A stretch of 63,262 nt of DNA, the filler included, from Rhabdomonas costata (Eukaryota): the NCBI GenBank assembly GCA_019059605.1. It is 42 parts of 42 records of this genome, joined end to end, with 100 filler letters (N's around TTAATTAATTAA, not from the genome) between each part and the next. Parts side by side here need not be neighbours in the genome. Positions count along the whole stretch, not along the records: positions 22,650 to 24,058 come from JAHMHO010016797.1; positions 24,159 to 25,567 come from JAHMHO010016798.1; positions 25,668 to 27,075 come from JAHMHO010016799.1; positions 27,176 to 28,584 come from JAHMHO010016800.1; positions 28,685 to 30,092 come from JAHMHO010016801.1; positions 30,193 to 31,600 come from JAHMHO010016802.1; positions 31,701 to 33,108 come from JAHMHO010016803.1; positions 33,209 to 34,615 come from JAHMHO010016804.1; 34 more parts are not named here. The stretch is one strand, 5' to 3'. Position 1 is the stretch's first letter; each line of letters begins with the position of its first letter. Positions 23,221-35,656 of the stretch are shown here, one piece after another. A program made the position numbers and the translations under genes. The notes under the pieces were generated by a model. It did no database searches. It worked only from the letters and a program-made list of their open reading frames with translations, and had not been told where the DNA came from.

Positions 23221-24058
23221 ATGCACACTCCAGTGTCCCCCTCCGGAAGCCCTCACCGCAGGAGAGCCAGCAACAATCGGCACAGGCGACTAAAGTTTCC
23301 GCATCGCCTCCATCGACTCCGCGGTCAACCGACTCCAGTTCCACATTGAGCACAGTGGAGCCACCATCCGACGATGTCATTAACCGAGATGAGATGCTGC
23401 GCTTGCGTAAGGCGGATCCGCCGTGGTGCTTGAACAACCCCGAACGCTGGGTGGTTTTCGACGCGGAATACTTCAGTCTCAGCGAAGAGTGGAGCAAGTC
23501 CATCGGTAATACCCTTGCCTATCTCGAGCACACCTGGGACCGCCGCACTTCCCTGCAGCAAATGTCCTTGCAAGAAGTGCATACTCTCAGCCGAGATGTC
23601 GGAAAGCGCTCCAAACGTCGCGCAGAAATCCTATGGCCCCGTGAGGTGGTATGGGCTTTCATGACCCCCGACGGCCGTTCGGTCGTTTGGGATGCGTACA
23701 AGGTGAGCATGCCCATCTCCTTCGCCGAGCTCAATGACCCCGCCAATCATTGTGGCACCAAGGACCAACAAGTGGCAAGGTATAATACCGACAACGTGCA
23801 CCACCTGCCCTGGGACGCCCCTTCTGGTCCCAACACTCTTCACGCTTTGCCAGCATTCCGCAAACTCGCCTCCTTCTGCCGCTCAGTTGGTGCGCGACGG
23901 TTATTCATCAAGGGTCCCACACTCGAAGGTGACCGTGTCGCAAGTTGGTTGAATATTGCAGACCCGGAACTTAAGATCTCCATCCACAGCTCACCGGATT
24001 GGCGTTACGTTGCACCCCGCCATCGCGGAGAGCAGAAATTGCAGCATTATGTCCGAGA
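23217..24058 (+). CDS. DEDD/DnaQ-like 3'-5' exonuclease-fold protein (Maelstrom-like / Polinton-associated type), 3'-truncated
   Basis: ExoI-like WVVFDAEYF, then WPREVVWAF, MPISFAEL, ARYNTDNVHHLPWD and LFIKG...SWL. About 280 codons with no intron; first ATG at 23394. Confidence 0.65.
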
Positions 24059-24367
24059 NNNNNNNNNNNNNNNNNNNNNNNNNNNNNNNNNNNNNNNNNN
24101 NNTTAATTAATTAANNNNNNNNNNNNNNNNNNNNNNNNNNNNNNNNNNNNNNNNNNNNTATGTGGTTGAAATTATGCACGGTGTGTGTGTTCGTGCGTGT
24201 ATGTGCGCGTCGGGAAACCCGAGCCGAGGCCGCTGTAGAGCTGCGAAAAACGTACAAACGCCGTCTTACATAACAGCTGAGGACAGAACGTCGTCCTCAT
24301 AACTTCCAAGGAATGCATACACACACAACAGCGCACACCGGCTCGCAGAACCATGTCACCAAAGCAC

Positions 24368-24572
24368 CGGGCCCGACCAGAAGCCGCCCATCGGCCTCAG
24401 TAACAGAAACGGTGAGGCAATCCGTGCGCGAAGTGACGAGCTGGGTGGGCGCCAAATGGGTGACAAGAACGTCAGGGCCCCTCTGGCGAGCGAGCCTCCG
24501 GGCAGCGCGGCGCACCCCTGCTGCCCGGTGAATCACAGCGAGCTCTTCCAGGATGTCTTCCAGGGCGTCACC
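24368..24572 (-). CDS. Internal exon of an unknown spliced gene downstream of the YecH-like gene
   Basis: Acceptor CTCTTTCCCCAG, open frame GDALEDILEELAVIHRAAG...GRLLVGP, then a GT donor. Confidence 0.5.
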
Positions 24573-25357
24573 CTGGGGAAAGAGTGTGCGATTTTTTCAT
24601 TCAATTTCATCCATTTCAAAACAAACGCCTTTTCCACCCTGCTTTTCCCGCTCACGTGGAAAACACGAAAAGTTCCAATTACAATGCAATTTAGGCCATC
24701 TTAACATCACCTATCCATATCACCCCACTTATACACGTCACACCGCGGTGTTGCGGAGAGCGACCCGTGACATCAAATCCGCGAAGGGGACATCGGTTAG
24801 CAGAATCAGCTCCTCAACGGTGGGGGAGCGAGCCATTTGCTTCAGAAAGGGTTCCGCGGACACTGGCACAAAGCCTTGTCCTCCGACTCACCTTGCAGTT
24901 TCATGGAGAATTGAAAGCGACCTACTTCCACAGCGAGACGCTCCAATATGAGCAAGCCAGGGCACCTTCATGATCAGCACCTGCTGTCCCGGCGAGTTAA
25001 GTGCTTTCGCCCACTCATTTTGGAGGAACCAGGAATTCACACAGGCTCAAGGACACCTGAAAGTGTATTTTGCTTATACTCACTTTCAACCCCAAAGGAG
25101 GCCACAAAAACAGATCTAATCCAAGGTTCAAAACATCCAACAGTGGCAGCCAGTGGGGAATAACACCAGCCACTCAAGGAAACAAACTGCACCACATAAA
25201 GCAAAAAGCATGCGGTGTTCTTGTTCTTCATAAGGGACGGCACACGGTTCGCCAATTCCGGTTCGCCACCCACAGAAAAGAAACTCTGACTCCCCACAGA
25301 GCTGCAGCGCGACGCCGGCAAGGCCAGCATCGCCGCTGCTGCTTGCCCTCCGCCGTC

Positions 25358-25567
25358 TCAGTGGCACTGGTGCTTCACTCGCAGCTTGGGCTGCGCGGCA
25401 GAGCCCTCCGCAGCCGCGACCAGCTTGCCCTTACCCTGGAGGTGAGCAATGATCTCCCGCGCGGTCAGGGTGTTTGCGGAGCAGGTGTAGAACCGCGCGT
25501 CAGCGCCAAACTCCGTTACGATGGCCTTCTCCAGGGCGGCAGGGGTGTACGCCTGCTCCCAAACACC
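25358..25567 (-). CDS. yecH: YecH / DUF2492-family small metal-binding protein (5'-truncated by the contig end; absent from the ORF track)
   Basis: EQAYTPAALEKAIVTEFGADARFYTCSANTLTAREIIAHLQGKGKLV...KHQCH-TGA matches the bacterial YecH pattern YT..SL..AI...FG..ARF(H/Y)TCSA..MTA.EL..FL..KGK...C(x)H*. Confidence 0.85.
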   Translation of the reverse strand, partial: GVWEQAYTPAALEKAIVTEFGADARFYTCSANTLTAREIIAHLQGKGKLVAAAEGSAAQPKLRVKHQCH

Positions 25568-25968
25568 NNNNNNNNNNNNNNNNNNNNNNNNNNNNNNNNN
25601 NNNNNNNNNNNTTAATTAATTAANNNNNNNNNNNNNNNNNNNNNNNNNNNNNNNNNNNNNNNNNNNNAAAGACTAGCTTACCACACGATCTTTAAATCAA
25701 TCAAAAAGTCGTCTTTCACACAAAGCACTAAAACCAACGGCTATAATTTGGAAACCTCACCACTTAGGGTTCACCGTGTAAGGGATCAGATCCACGGATG
25801 GCAAAAGCGATGAAGCGTCAGAAGAAGTGGAACGGGGCGTTTCGCGTTCCACTGCCCTGCGGGCATCGTGGCCAGCACTCACTCCAGTGACTTCATTGGT
25901 TTTTGTGGTAGGCAGAGACTTTGCGCACTTGGCGAAGGCAATTGCAGTCAAACACACAAAGCACGCAC

Positions 25969-26650
25969 CAGGCTCGTCTTCTGAGTCCGGACTCTCCACC
26001 GAGGGCTCTGGGCTACCTGCGGGCTCGTCCTCCGCTTCCGCAGGAGGGCGGCCGCCACTACCACCTGCCTCCCTAAGGAACTGCTGCACCGCTGTCTTGT
26101 GCTTCTTGCTTTTCTCGTGCTGCTCCATCCTGTAAATATGTAAACCTGAACTGACATGACCTGACATAACCTGACCTGGCATGACATTACATTACAAACG
26201 CGTCAAACCGACACACCTTCGATCCTCGTCGGACGTCAACTTTTCGCTCCGCGTGTCAACAAGTCGGCTGCTTACACAATGGGGAAAATAGCCCCACACT
26301 CCAAGGGCATGTTCGCACTCGCACTCGCACGGACGCGGTGCGGATTCATAACGGGGGGTGACCTCTGCTTCCTCTGTCTCGCGAACCGGAGTCCCCAGGC
26401 GGTCATGTTCGCTACAACTGACGGCATCCGCAGGTCATTTGCCTTGGGAAAAGCACAGGAGGATATGGGAGAAGGGAAGCGAAATGAAATCATACTGGGC
26501 CTCCGTTTTGAAGGACTTCTTGCACGCCGCGCAGTGGAACTCGATGATCTCCTCCTCGTCCTCCTCGGCAGCGGGACGGCCTCCGCCTTTACCGCGGCGG
26601 TTGCGCCGGCGCCCCCCACCGTCACCACCGCCGGACTGCGCCAGCATGGC
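25969..26650 (-). CDS. C2H2 zinc-finger region of a DNAJC21/Jjj1-like protein, exons 26650-26496 and 26129-25969
   Basis: Acidic tract, then FHCAACKKSFKTEAQ|MEQHEKSKKHK after removing GT-AG intron 26130-26495. No J-domain is on this contig. Confidence 0.75.
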
Positions 26651-28288
26651 CTGAACTGAGTTGGGGGGATGGGGCGGCGAGAAAGAACGGCCCATGTTTT
26701 CGTTTTTGCAGCAGAGAAGTCCTTTCCGCTTTCCACCAGCTCGAAATGCTTCGAAATGCGTTCGAAGCATTACTTCGATTATTTCCTTTTTCGTTTTCGT
26801 TTTGAACTCACGTGCTTGTAGAAACCAAAGATATCCGCTTTCAAGAAAAAACACTTTCCTTAGCGTTGTTGCAGACACCACAAGACCACCGGAGGAAAGA
26901 AAATACAAAGCTCGGTCAGGGTCAGTTGCTTCTTCTTGGCATATACTTCCATTCTTGCTTACAGAAGAGAAGAGAAAAGAGGGGCCAGAACAAGAGTATA
27001 CAAAAGTAGTCTCGTTTTACATGATCATTTCGGTTTTATCCACACTCGAACCCCCCCACCAAACAAACCAACACANNNNNNNNNNNNNNNNNNNNNNNNN
27101 NNNNNNNNNNNNNNNNNNNTTAATTAATTAANNNNNNNNNNNNNNNNNNNNNNNNNNNNNNNNNNNNNNNNNNNNCACAGGGGTGACGCGACAGCGCGAA
27201 CAAACCGCAGGCACAAAAAATTTGAATGGGAATTACCTCGGAAGATAACCCAACCCAATGGTCCCAATATAATCCCAGGGAGACGAACAGCAATGAACAA
27301 ACAGGGGGGGGGGTGGCAACCGGCACGCCCCCAAACATCGTACGACGCCCTACGCAGCAAGTGAATATATAACCTTGGCTGGAGGATCCCCTAAGCACGC
27401 CAGCTTCTAGAGCGCGGCTTGCAGCTAAATAAATACCTGCTTGAGCTCCGGTGCTCTCCCGGCATCCCGTAACCTTGACTCGAGACCCAGGTCCAGGGAT
27501 GTCGTGCATAGCCGCAGGACCATCCGACAAGGACCAACCCGGAACCCAGGACCGTGCACTTGTTGCGGTTCAGCTTCCATTAGCAGCGGCAGTTAGCAAC
27601 GGCAGCAGGGTCCAGACATTCCAACGCTGTTCCCAAGGAGTATGCTTAAGGTTTGTGAAATAATGTCCTTTTATGACATAAAACTGGAAGACGTGGTCCT
27701 GGGACTGACCCAAGGCGCCAGATAGGCGCGGGGGTTGCGAAGCTCTGGGATCTTCCCAGCCCGATCAAGACAACCGAAAACGCGGTTCTTGACAAAGACC
27801 AAAACTCAAATCACTCGCGGGCTGGCAACCGCCAAGCAACCAGATTCAGGCTGAAACCTCGACTGAAAAGGAAAGAAGGGCGACCGGGGTAAGGGCGCTC
27901 CTGTTCTCAAACTCTGCCCCATCCGCTGACGCGTTGGGCGCCTTGCAGGCGCTGCACTGCGGGCCAATTTCTGAGGATGTTGTGTGCCTGACCGAGGACT
28001 CCGTTTCGGACGCCTCGCTGTCATTTGCCCCTGGTTGCTCCGCGGGGTCCTCCCACCTTTTACAGAGAACGCGAAGAAGGTGATTTTCAACTTCTTTTCT
28101 TTTGTGAACACAAACAACACCGCAGCAAGTAAAGAGCTACCTGGGGATCGAGGAACTTTGCCAGGCTGCAATTGGGCCTGGTGCTTGGTCTCTCCGAGAA
28201 ATTGAGCAACACCTTCTTCCGAACCGTGGTGTTCCTGTGACTGCCTTTGGGAAACTCCAATTGAGGAACGGGACTCACGCCGAGTGAA

Positions 28289-28350
28289 AGGTCGGGACTC
28301 TCCTGACCCCAAGGACCGGCCACGCAGCGTTTCGGGAGGCCTGCTGTATA
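28289..28350 (+). repeat. Dispersed repeat family C (second copy 30851-30912, - strand)
   Basis: CTCCTGACCCCAAGGACCGGCCAC(G/A)CAGCGTTTCGGGAGGCCTGCTG(T/C)ATA: about 51 nt with 2 mismatches between independent contigs. Confidence 0.9.
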
Positions 28351-29420
28351 CACAAAAAACCCCAGGCCTGCTTCGGCTTAGCCCTCTACTCGCTAAAAAT
28401 CACGCCGAGCCCCTGTATATTCAGGGAGAAGTGCCTAAATGTTCAGCAGACTTCGAGCCCAACAACCTGCACACCGTCATCCAGATGCTAGACCTGCCAC
28501 CTTGCAGGCTGCTGACCCTGCTAACGCGAGCGCAAAAAAAAGAAGGGTCGAGAGGGTCGCCTTGGTGGGTGTTTTGGGTGGAAANNNNNNNNNNNNNNNN
28601 NNNNNNNNNNNNNNNNNNNNNNNNNNNNTTAATTAATTAANNNNNNNNNNNNNNNNNNNNNNNNNNNNNNNNNNNNNNNNNNNNAGAGCGTGTTTGAGGA
28701 GCTAGTGTCTCTGTTGGGCAGGGCAGACACCCTGTTTGCCAGTGAGGAGGTTGTTGATGAGGACGTTGATGAGTAACTGTGGTTCTTGCAACTGTTTTCC
28801 TGGAGAGAGAGAGGGGGGTGCACATAGCCGGAGTAGAGTCGCCTTTTCAACGATAGTTTTCTTCTTTGACTCAGGGATATTCACTGTGGTTGATTGGAAG
28901 GCACAAAAAACACGCAGCAGAAAAGCAGCACCTCCAAGAAGCTTCGAACTTGTTTGAAAGGGCGCAATCTAAGGTTGACATCAAAGATAATCCCATCGCT
29001 AGGAAATTGAACGCCCTTTGGTAAAAGAAGTCACCAAAAGAATGACACAGAAATTGAATATTACAAAAGATGCTGGCAACGGAACAAGTTGAGAAACCTT
29101 GCAACGAGTAAGTCTTTGGTTTCGCACCAGGCCGCGGACTTGTCGGTGAACCTGCGCGGTGCTCAACTCAACCGCATTTGAAATGTCCCACAAATAACAA
29201 GCCGTAACCGCGAGCAAGACCGTAAACGAGACAAACAACATCAAATCTCGACAACAGAACTGAAAAAAGGGGAGACCACTCCGGAGGAGAAAAAAAGCGA
29301 AAATAAGGACAGTACAGAGCAGATAGATACCACTGGATGGGTCCTCCAGTTTTCTCTTTCAAAGTTTCGGTTAAGTTTGTCAAATGCCCCCCCCCCCTTT
29401 ATAGCAACGCATTTCCCAGG

Positions 29421-29572
29421 TGCTAGTGCAGTGCAGTCTCAAAAAGTCTCCGAAAAAGGTCCCCGAAGTGAGTTTATTTGTCTCGCAGGGGGTTAGGGGT
29501 GGTACACGTGTTCCCTAGGTGAGCTTATTTTACTCTCGCAGGGCGTTAAGGGGCGGTGCACGTGCTCTAGCA
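29421..29572. mobile_element. MITE-like 152-bp element with imperfect inverted ends and an internal tandem duplication of about 51 bp
   Basis: TGCTAGTGCAGTGCA (29421-29435) versus TGCACGTGCTCTAGCA (29557-29572). Internal units 29468-29518 and 29519-29570. Confidence 0.4.
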
Positions 29573-32048
29573 GCACTTTTTTTTTTGCTATGCTATGAAT
29601 TTCTCATCAGAAAATTTTATAGCGTCAATATAAAATATATGACATTATGACATATGATATTGTATAACTCCCATTTAACCCAAGCACGTCTTTATCCATA
29701 TACACTTTATGACATTCATTACGTTCCGCCCTTCGTAATCGAACCAAATAAGAAGTACCAGACGACTTTCACATATGCCTCGTTTGTGTAATCTGATATT
29801 CATACTGCTCCACACGGGTTGATAATTACATAAGAAGAGGCTCCATCTCGTCAGCCGCCAAGATTTTTTTCGGGATTGTCATATCCTGGGCGTCAGCCTT
29901 ATCATTCAGCAGAAGTGTAATGGATGCCTTTTTTTCCCGTATCAGCCTTTCGTTTGTGCGAAGTACTTGGTTTTCAAGGCGTTCCACAAGGCGGATTGCG
30001 CGAGTGCCGGTGATTCCATTGCGCATGAAAAAAAGGCATCCATTACACTTCTGCTGAATGATAAGGCTGACGCCCAGGATATGACAACCCCCNNNNNNNN
30101 NNNNNNNNNNNNNNNNNNNNNNNNNNNNNNNNNNNNTTAATTAATTAANNNNNNNNNNNNNNNNNNNNNNNNNNNNNNNNNNNNNNNNNNNNTTTTGTTG
30201 GTAAAATTGCCCCAGAAGAAATTGCATGACGACTTTCACCAAGAAGATCAACACTCGCCCTTAGTAACCCTATGGCTTGTGTAGGCATGGGAAAAATCCA
30301 CAGATTCCCCTCTTCTTATCGTTTTAATTTCGGTCCTCTGTTTCAAAGGCAAAGTCACAAACGAAATATAAACGAGACCAAGCCTCACGGAAAGGTTGCG
30401 TCCAGAACTCAACCAAAAAATAAACGGACTTAGCTCTCCGTAAACGAAGTAGGGCGCACGCTGAGCTTTTGAGGTGGTGTAACATAATCTAAAACAAGGA
30501 GCACAACGCAGAGCCGATATGGCAAGGCGACGATAACATCCCCAGTCGGAACATAACGGGGGGAGTGAGCGACATGCCGAAGAACGACTTAGCTGCAGCT
30601 TGTCCCGCTAGCATGGCCTCCATCAGGTCAAGCATTCGCTTCACCACTCCGCTGTGCATAATATACCGCTGGAGGGTGTTCAGCACCACCGTGGTCTAAG
30701 CCAAAGAGGGCCAGATTACACGCAATGGGGAGAAGAACAAAAACACCCCGGTCTGATTTGCGAGCAGGTGAACCTGGCAGTGCCCCCTGCGGCAACCGGG
30801 GCTGCAAACACAGGGTCATATGTGCAGCTATCCTTGTTTAGCATGTTCTATATGCAGCAGGCCTCCCGAAACGCTGTGTGGCCGGTCCTTGGGGTCAGGA
30901 GTTTCCTGACCTGTCCTTCTCGGCAGGTTGTGCCCTTGGCAGCTCTTTTGTATCCCGTTGAGCGCCGCTTCTTGCCCCACGCAGCGGAACAAAAGAATAA
31001 CCCGCATATTGCTTATTATTTCTTTTACTGTTTCTTTTACTGGTTGCACTTGGATCGGTTGCTAACCCTTGGAATGTCCTCCAAGAAACGAAAAAACCAG
31101 CAAAAGAACAATGTTTACAACTCCAAAATGGTGTCCTGCAACTTCATCCCTCACTTCCAAATAGGGTGAACCCGTTCATTACAATACTTCAAACTGCACA
31201 CTTCCCAAGAGCAAGTGCGCATCGGGTGGTGAGGGGGCGGCCACCATACCCCACCCAGCCATCCCAGGATGACACCGTTCGCTGGGTTGCTGGCCAGGAG
31301 GTCCCGCAGTCGCGCAGTGTCGAGCTGTGGCCAACAGAACACAACCCCAAATCCATAATACACACCACCAGGAAGTCTCTCAAAAATGCGTGGCACCGTA
31401 GCATCTAAGGTTACATATCTGCTTGCCCACTTGGAGGTGGCTTCAGTCCATGACGCCTTCGCGCATGATGTCACCGCGAAACTTTCATCAAAAGGCGGGG
31501 CACCGCTCCGGAGAAGAAACGCTGTCTACATACAAAGGGGATCAGACCAACCTACGCACAAGAGTCACATCAATAAAGAACATTCGTGTAAGAGAAACAA
31601 NNNNNNNNNNNNNNNNNNNNNNNNNNNNNNNNNNNNNNNNNNNNTTAATTAATTAANNNNNNNNNNNNNNNNNNNNNNNNNNNNNNNNNNNNNNNNNNNN
31701 CAGTACTGCCTCGACTTAAGGCACCTGGGATGGATGGAATCAGGTGGACCTCACTGGGTCTATTCGCTTTGGTGGTGTGAAATCTTCTTGGGTGGAGTGA
31801 AATCCGTCTAAAACCAGGAAACCTGTCTCTCAAGTTGGTCATTAGCATTAAAGATCCTGCCGCTCGGTCACTTACCATGCAACGACGAGGCACAAATGAT
31901 CTTGTTTCCCTACAAGAGATGCTTCTCTGTCCTTCTGATGGTACCGCAAGACAGCGCGTTCGCGCCCCAACAGGGACAGTATGACTAATTCGATTCCAAT
32001 GTCAATCACAGATTCAAGCCCCCTTCACTTCAGGAAAAACGCACCCAC

Positions 32049-32520
32049 CTGGGAACATCGAGCTGAACCCGGCGCCCCCTGTGGCCGTGCCGATGATCAC
32101 CCCCAGCCCGATCACCCCGTGGGGGTGGCACGCAAGCACGTACCTCCCCGAGGGCTCCAGCGCCGCCGTCCGCACAATGCTCACCGGGAAGTACGCCGCG
32201 TAGTACCTCCAGTACGGCAGCCCGCGCACCGCCTCGCACCACGCCGGCCACCGCCCGCTGCGCGGGGAGTCGTCGAACAGGGCCCACACCATGTACACTG
32301 CCAGGGCCCACCGCACCCAGGACACGTAGTACGCGAGGGCGGCGATGAGCGCGAGGTACGGGACAAAGCCAACGGTGGGGAGCGCAAAGGTCATGCAGAG
32401 GTTGGGAATAATGGAGTCGTGCAAAAACGCAGCGAACGATCCCGCCGCTTCTTTAGAGGAGGACGGCGACGTTTGGGCGGTGGGCAGAGTCGAGGACTCC
32501 TTATAAGCTTTTGCAGCCAT
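32049..32520 (-). CDS. DGAT2/MOGAT-family acyltransferase, first coding exon
   Basis: ATG at 32520, N-terminal hydrophobic segment, YFP motif, the diagnostic HPHG motif, then FPG followed by a GTGGGT donor. Confidence 0.92.
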
Positions 32521-35309
32521 AATACCAGCAATACCAGCAGGAGGAAAGGTGAGGGACGAGGCTGGAGGTTAATGCGAGAGTCAGTATGAAGGGCTTTTGT
32601 GAACGTGGAAGAGTGAACTGGAAAAGGCATGAAAAAAGATTTACAGAAGTGGAAGGGCATGCCCCCCAAAACATCATGCTAAATCACTCCAATTAAAAAA
32701 GGTCGACGAAACCGAATGCAGTGCGAAGTGAACCACAAAAGAATAAAGCTACTCTGTGGTCATAGATTTATAAAAATACATACAAATGCACAGTGCCAAA
32801 AACGGCTTCTCATAACCAATCACGGCTGGCAGGGGGCACGGGATGCAATGCAAAGTAATAAGGAATTGCAAGCGGAAGGATGCCTTGCTGCAGAGATGGC
32901 TGCATCGAAGTGCTCTTATCAGGCTCATACACATAACGAGAGCACGCTGCCCACTTCGGGCGTCAAATCCAACAACAGTTGTTGGGGCATGAGGGAGAAA
33001 CAAATGTCATCACATTGTTTCCACACCAGTACCAGATCAGGACAAACACGCAGCAGAAGAGTTGGATCAGAAACAATCGCGGCGCGGGGCGCGCACCGAC
33101 AAACCCACNNNNNNNNNNNNNNNNNNNNNNNNNNNNNNNNNNNNNNNNNNNNTTAATTAATTAANNNNNNNNNNNNNNNNNNNNNNNNNNNNNNNNNNNN
33201 NNNNNNNNTTTTGTGAGGAGCGAGGATTAGGGGAATTCGTGGAGTGGGCAAGGAAAGAGACAAACGGGTTGGATAGAGAACAATAATGGATCGACTCACG
33301 TTTCTGCATCTTGCTGCGTCTTTGCGTGACTCATGTTTTTCTCAGCCTTTTGGAGACCTCGGGTCCTGTCCTCCAGGAATGCACCAACAGCGCCAGTGGG
33401 GTTCCCTCCAAGAGTAGGTGTGGCTTGCTGGAATTTCGATTGGCCGCGCTGACTTTGTTTGCGAGTCTGTGAACAATCGTTCTATGATCATCATCGTGTT
33501 TATCCCTGTGGGTGTTTGCAAGACTGTGTGAAACAATTGTTCCTTTTTCTTTTCAGAACTTTTTTTTGAGGGGTGGGGAATGCGTCTCTCAGACCACTAT
33601 GCTAACCCTTTTTATGCTTACTTTATAAAGCAAATGCGGACTCCGGATTTTGCGTGACTTTTCGTTATAGAACAGAGCAGCAGGGCATCCCTTGTTAATG
33701 GAACGTCGAATGCAGGGCGGTGTTTCCAAGGCGAATAAGTCATATTTGTGAGGTGTTCCTTTCAGGCGACCAGTATTCTTTTGCTTTTCGCTAACATTTC
33801 CAGTACCTTCGCCGCAAGCACATCCTGGGTGCAAGCAAACGTAGAAGAGCGTATGTAGCGAGTCGTGACGTGATTATGCGTCTGGTGCAGCAGCCTCGCG
33901 TTTTCCTCTCAGGTCAGGTCTTGACGACTCTGCCTGCGGGACCTCCACTCGCGCACGGCCGGGGAGTGCCAAGGCGCACTCCGTGCCCTGGTCTTCCCCA
34001 CCGGCAAAGGGGGCGCGCGCTCAAGTTGGAAGCTCCGCAGTTCGGTCTTCTTCCGCCACTGCTGGTGGCGGGCGTCGGCTCAAGACCTGCCTCGGCATTG
34101 GGAGGTCAAGTTGCGTTCCGTCCTCTCCGAGTCAGCTTCTCCATCCCGCAGTGGGTGGTGGTGGTGGGGATGGGTGCGCCAAAGGCGAGACGGTGCTTTT
34201 ACCCCAACTGCTTTGCGGTGGCATCCATTTACAGGGCATTTATCAGCCTGGGATCACGGGTTCATGCACGATACAGTTCTTTTTTTTTTGGTTAAATGCT
34301 AACTGGTTGTTCGGTTATAGTTCCCTCCCCCTGTGGTAGTGTTGTGGCTGTTCTTCTCAGCGCTCGCCCTGGCCGCGATGGTGTGGCGAAGATGCGGCGC
34401 CCTACACCATCGCCGAGAAGTCGCTCCCCAGAGGGTTGTCTGTCACACAACTGTGCATGCCCGTGCTGATGCAGTTATGCTTTGGGGTGCCTAACACCAG
34501 CCATCTCGGCCCATCCATATTGGTTTCACTGTAGCGGTTAGAAGGCGATGTATGTTCCCAAGTGACTCAGATGGAAGGTTTCTATTCTTTACAATTCTCC
34601 TTTGTCCAAGTCTCGNNNNNNNNNNNNNNNNNNNNNNNNNNNNNNNNNNNNNNNNNNNNTTAATTAATTAANNNNNNNNNNNNNNNNNNNNNNNNNNNNN
34701 NNNNNNNNNNNNNNNTGCTGGTGAAGCTGGTGAGGTGGGTGAGTGGTTTTGGCTTTGGAGTTGGATTGCTGGCTGCTGAGGTCACTGAGGGTATTCGGAA
34801 CGGCCAGCAGCAAGTTCCGGAAAAACCTGTATCCGCAAAAATGGGAAAACAACGACGCGGATAAAGCTGTTCGCCTTGGGTGCGAGACAAAAACGAACTC
34901 ATGACAAGCGCAAGCCTGATCGAAAGGAAGAGGCACTCCTGCATAACAGACCCCCATTGACCCCACGGCATGTTCCAGCTTCCGCGCCTGCATTTCCCCT
35001 CTCTTTTGTCCAAGACAGGCTGGCATGACTGATGTCCTCCTCCTCCTTCTCCCTCCCCGACAAAGCTAAATGAAAGAGAGCAAATTACACCTCATTACAT
35101 CTCACCCTTTCTGAGAAACTTAGACAACTACCGCCGTACGTACCTAACATCACCGGAACACCAAACATACGTTTTATTGAAAGGCATGGTTCATTGGCGA
35201 ACCCAATCTTAGAAAGCCATCAAAACAGGAAAGTGATACACCATTCTGTGCATCGTTCAGCGGCGGGGAATGGGGGTAAGCGCTCCGGTGCCACTTCTGA
35301 CAGGCAAAC

Positions 35310-35656
35310 CTGGCCAAGGGGATGTCCACCAGGATGCCCTCGTACAGGGCCTTGCCCAAAAGCTTTCCAACGAAGCGGTACTTCGACGCGGGGTCTTCCA
35401 CGGCACGAGTCACGGCGGGGTTGGGGTAGACCTAATCAGCAAGGAAGCGGGAGATCCTTCCGCAAAGAAAAATTTTGGAGGTAACACCATTGCGCGCGCG
35501 CAGATGCACACCCCGGACTTGTCCGCGGTGGGCAAGAAAAGCCCGTAGAGCTCCGAGAAGGCTTCGCGGCACACGGAGGTCAGAAATTCCTTGGCCACGC
35601 CTTCACCGAAACCAGCCTCGGGGTACCCCTGCAAGCTGATGAATTCCACTCGCAGC
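35310..35656 (-). CDS. HECT E3 ubiquitin ligase (UBE3B/C-like) N-lobe exons 35656-35512 and 35431-35310
   Basis: LRVEFISLQGYPEAGFGEGVAKEFLTSVCREAFSELYGLF...VYPNP...YRFVGKLLGKALYEGILVDIPLA, with an 80-nt GT-AG intron at 35432-35511. Confidence 0.93.

Noticed and set aside
22650-26650. Nuclease, YecH-like and zinc-finger genes as a clustered defence system
   Set aside because: They lie on three different contigs separated by artificial spacers; proximity results from length sorting.
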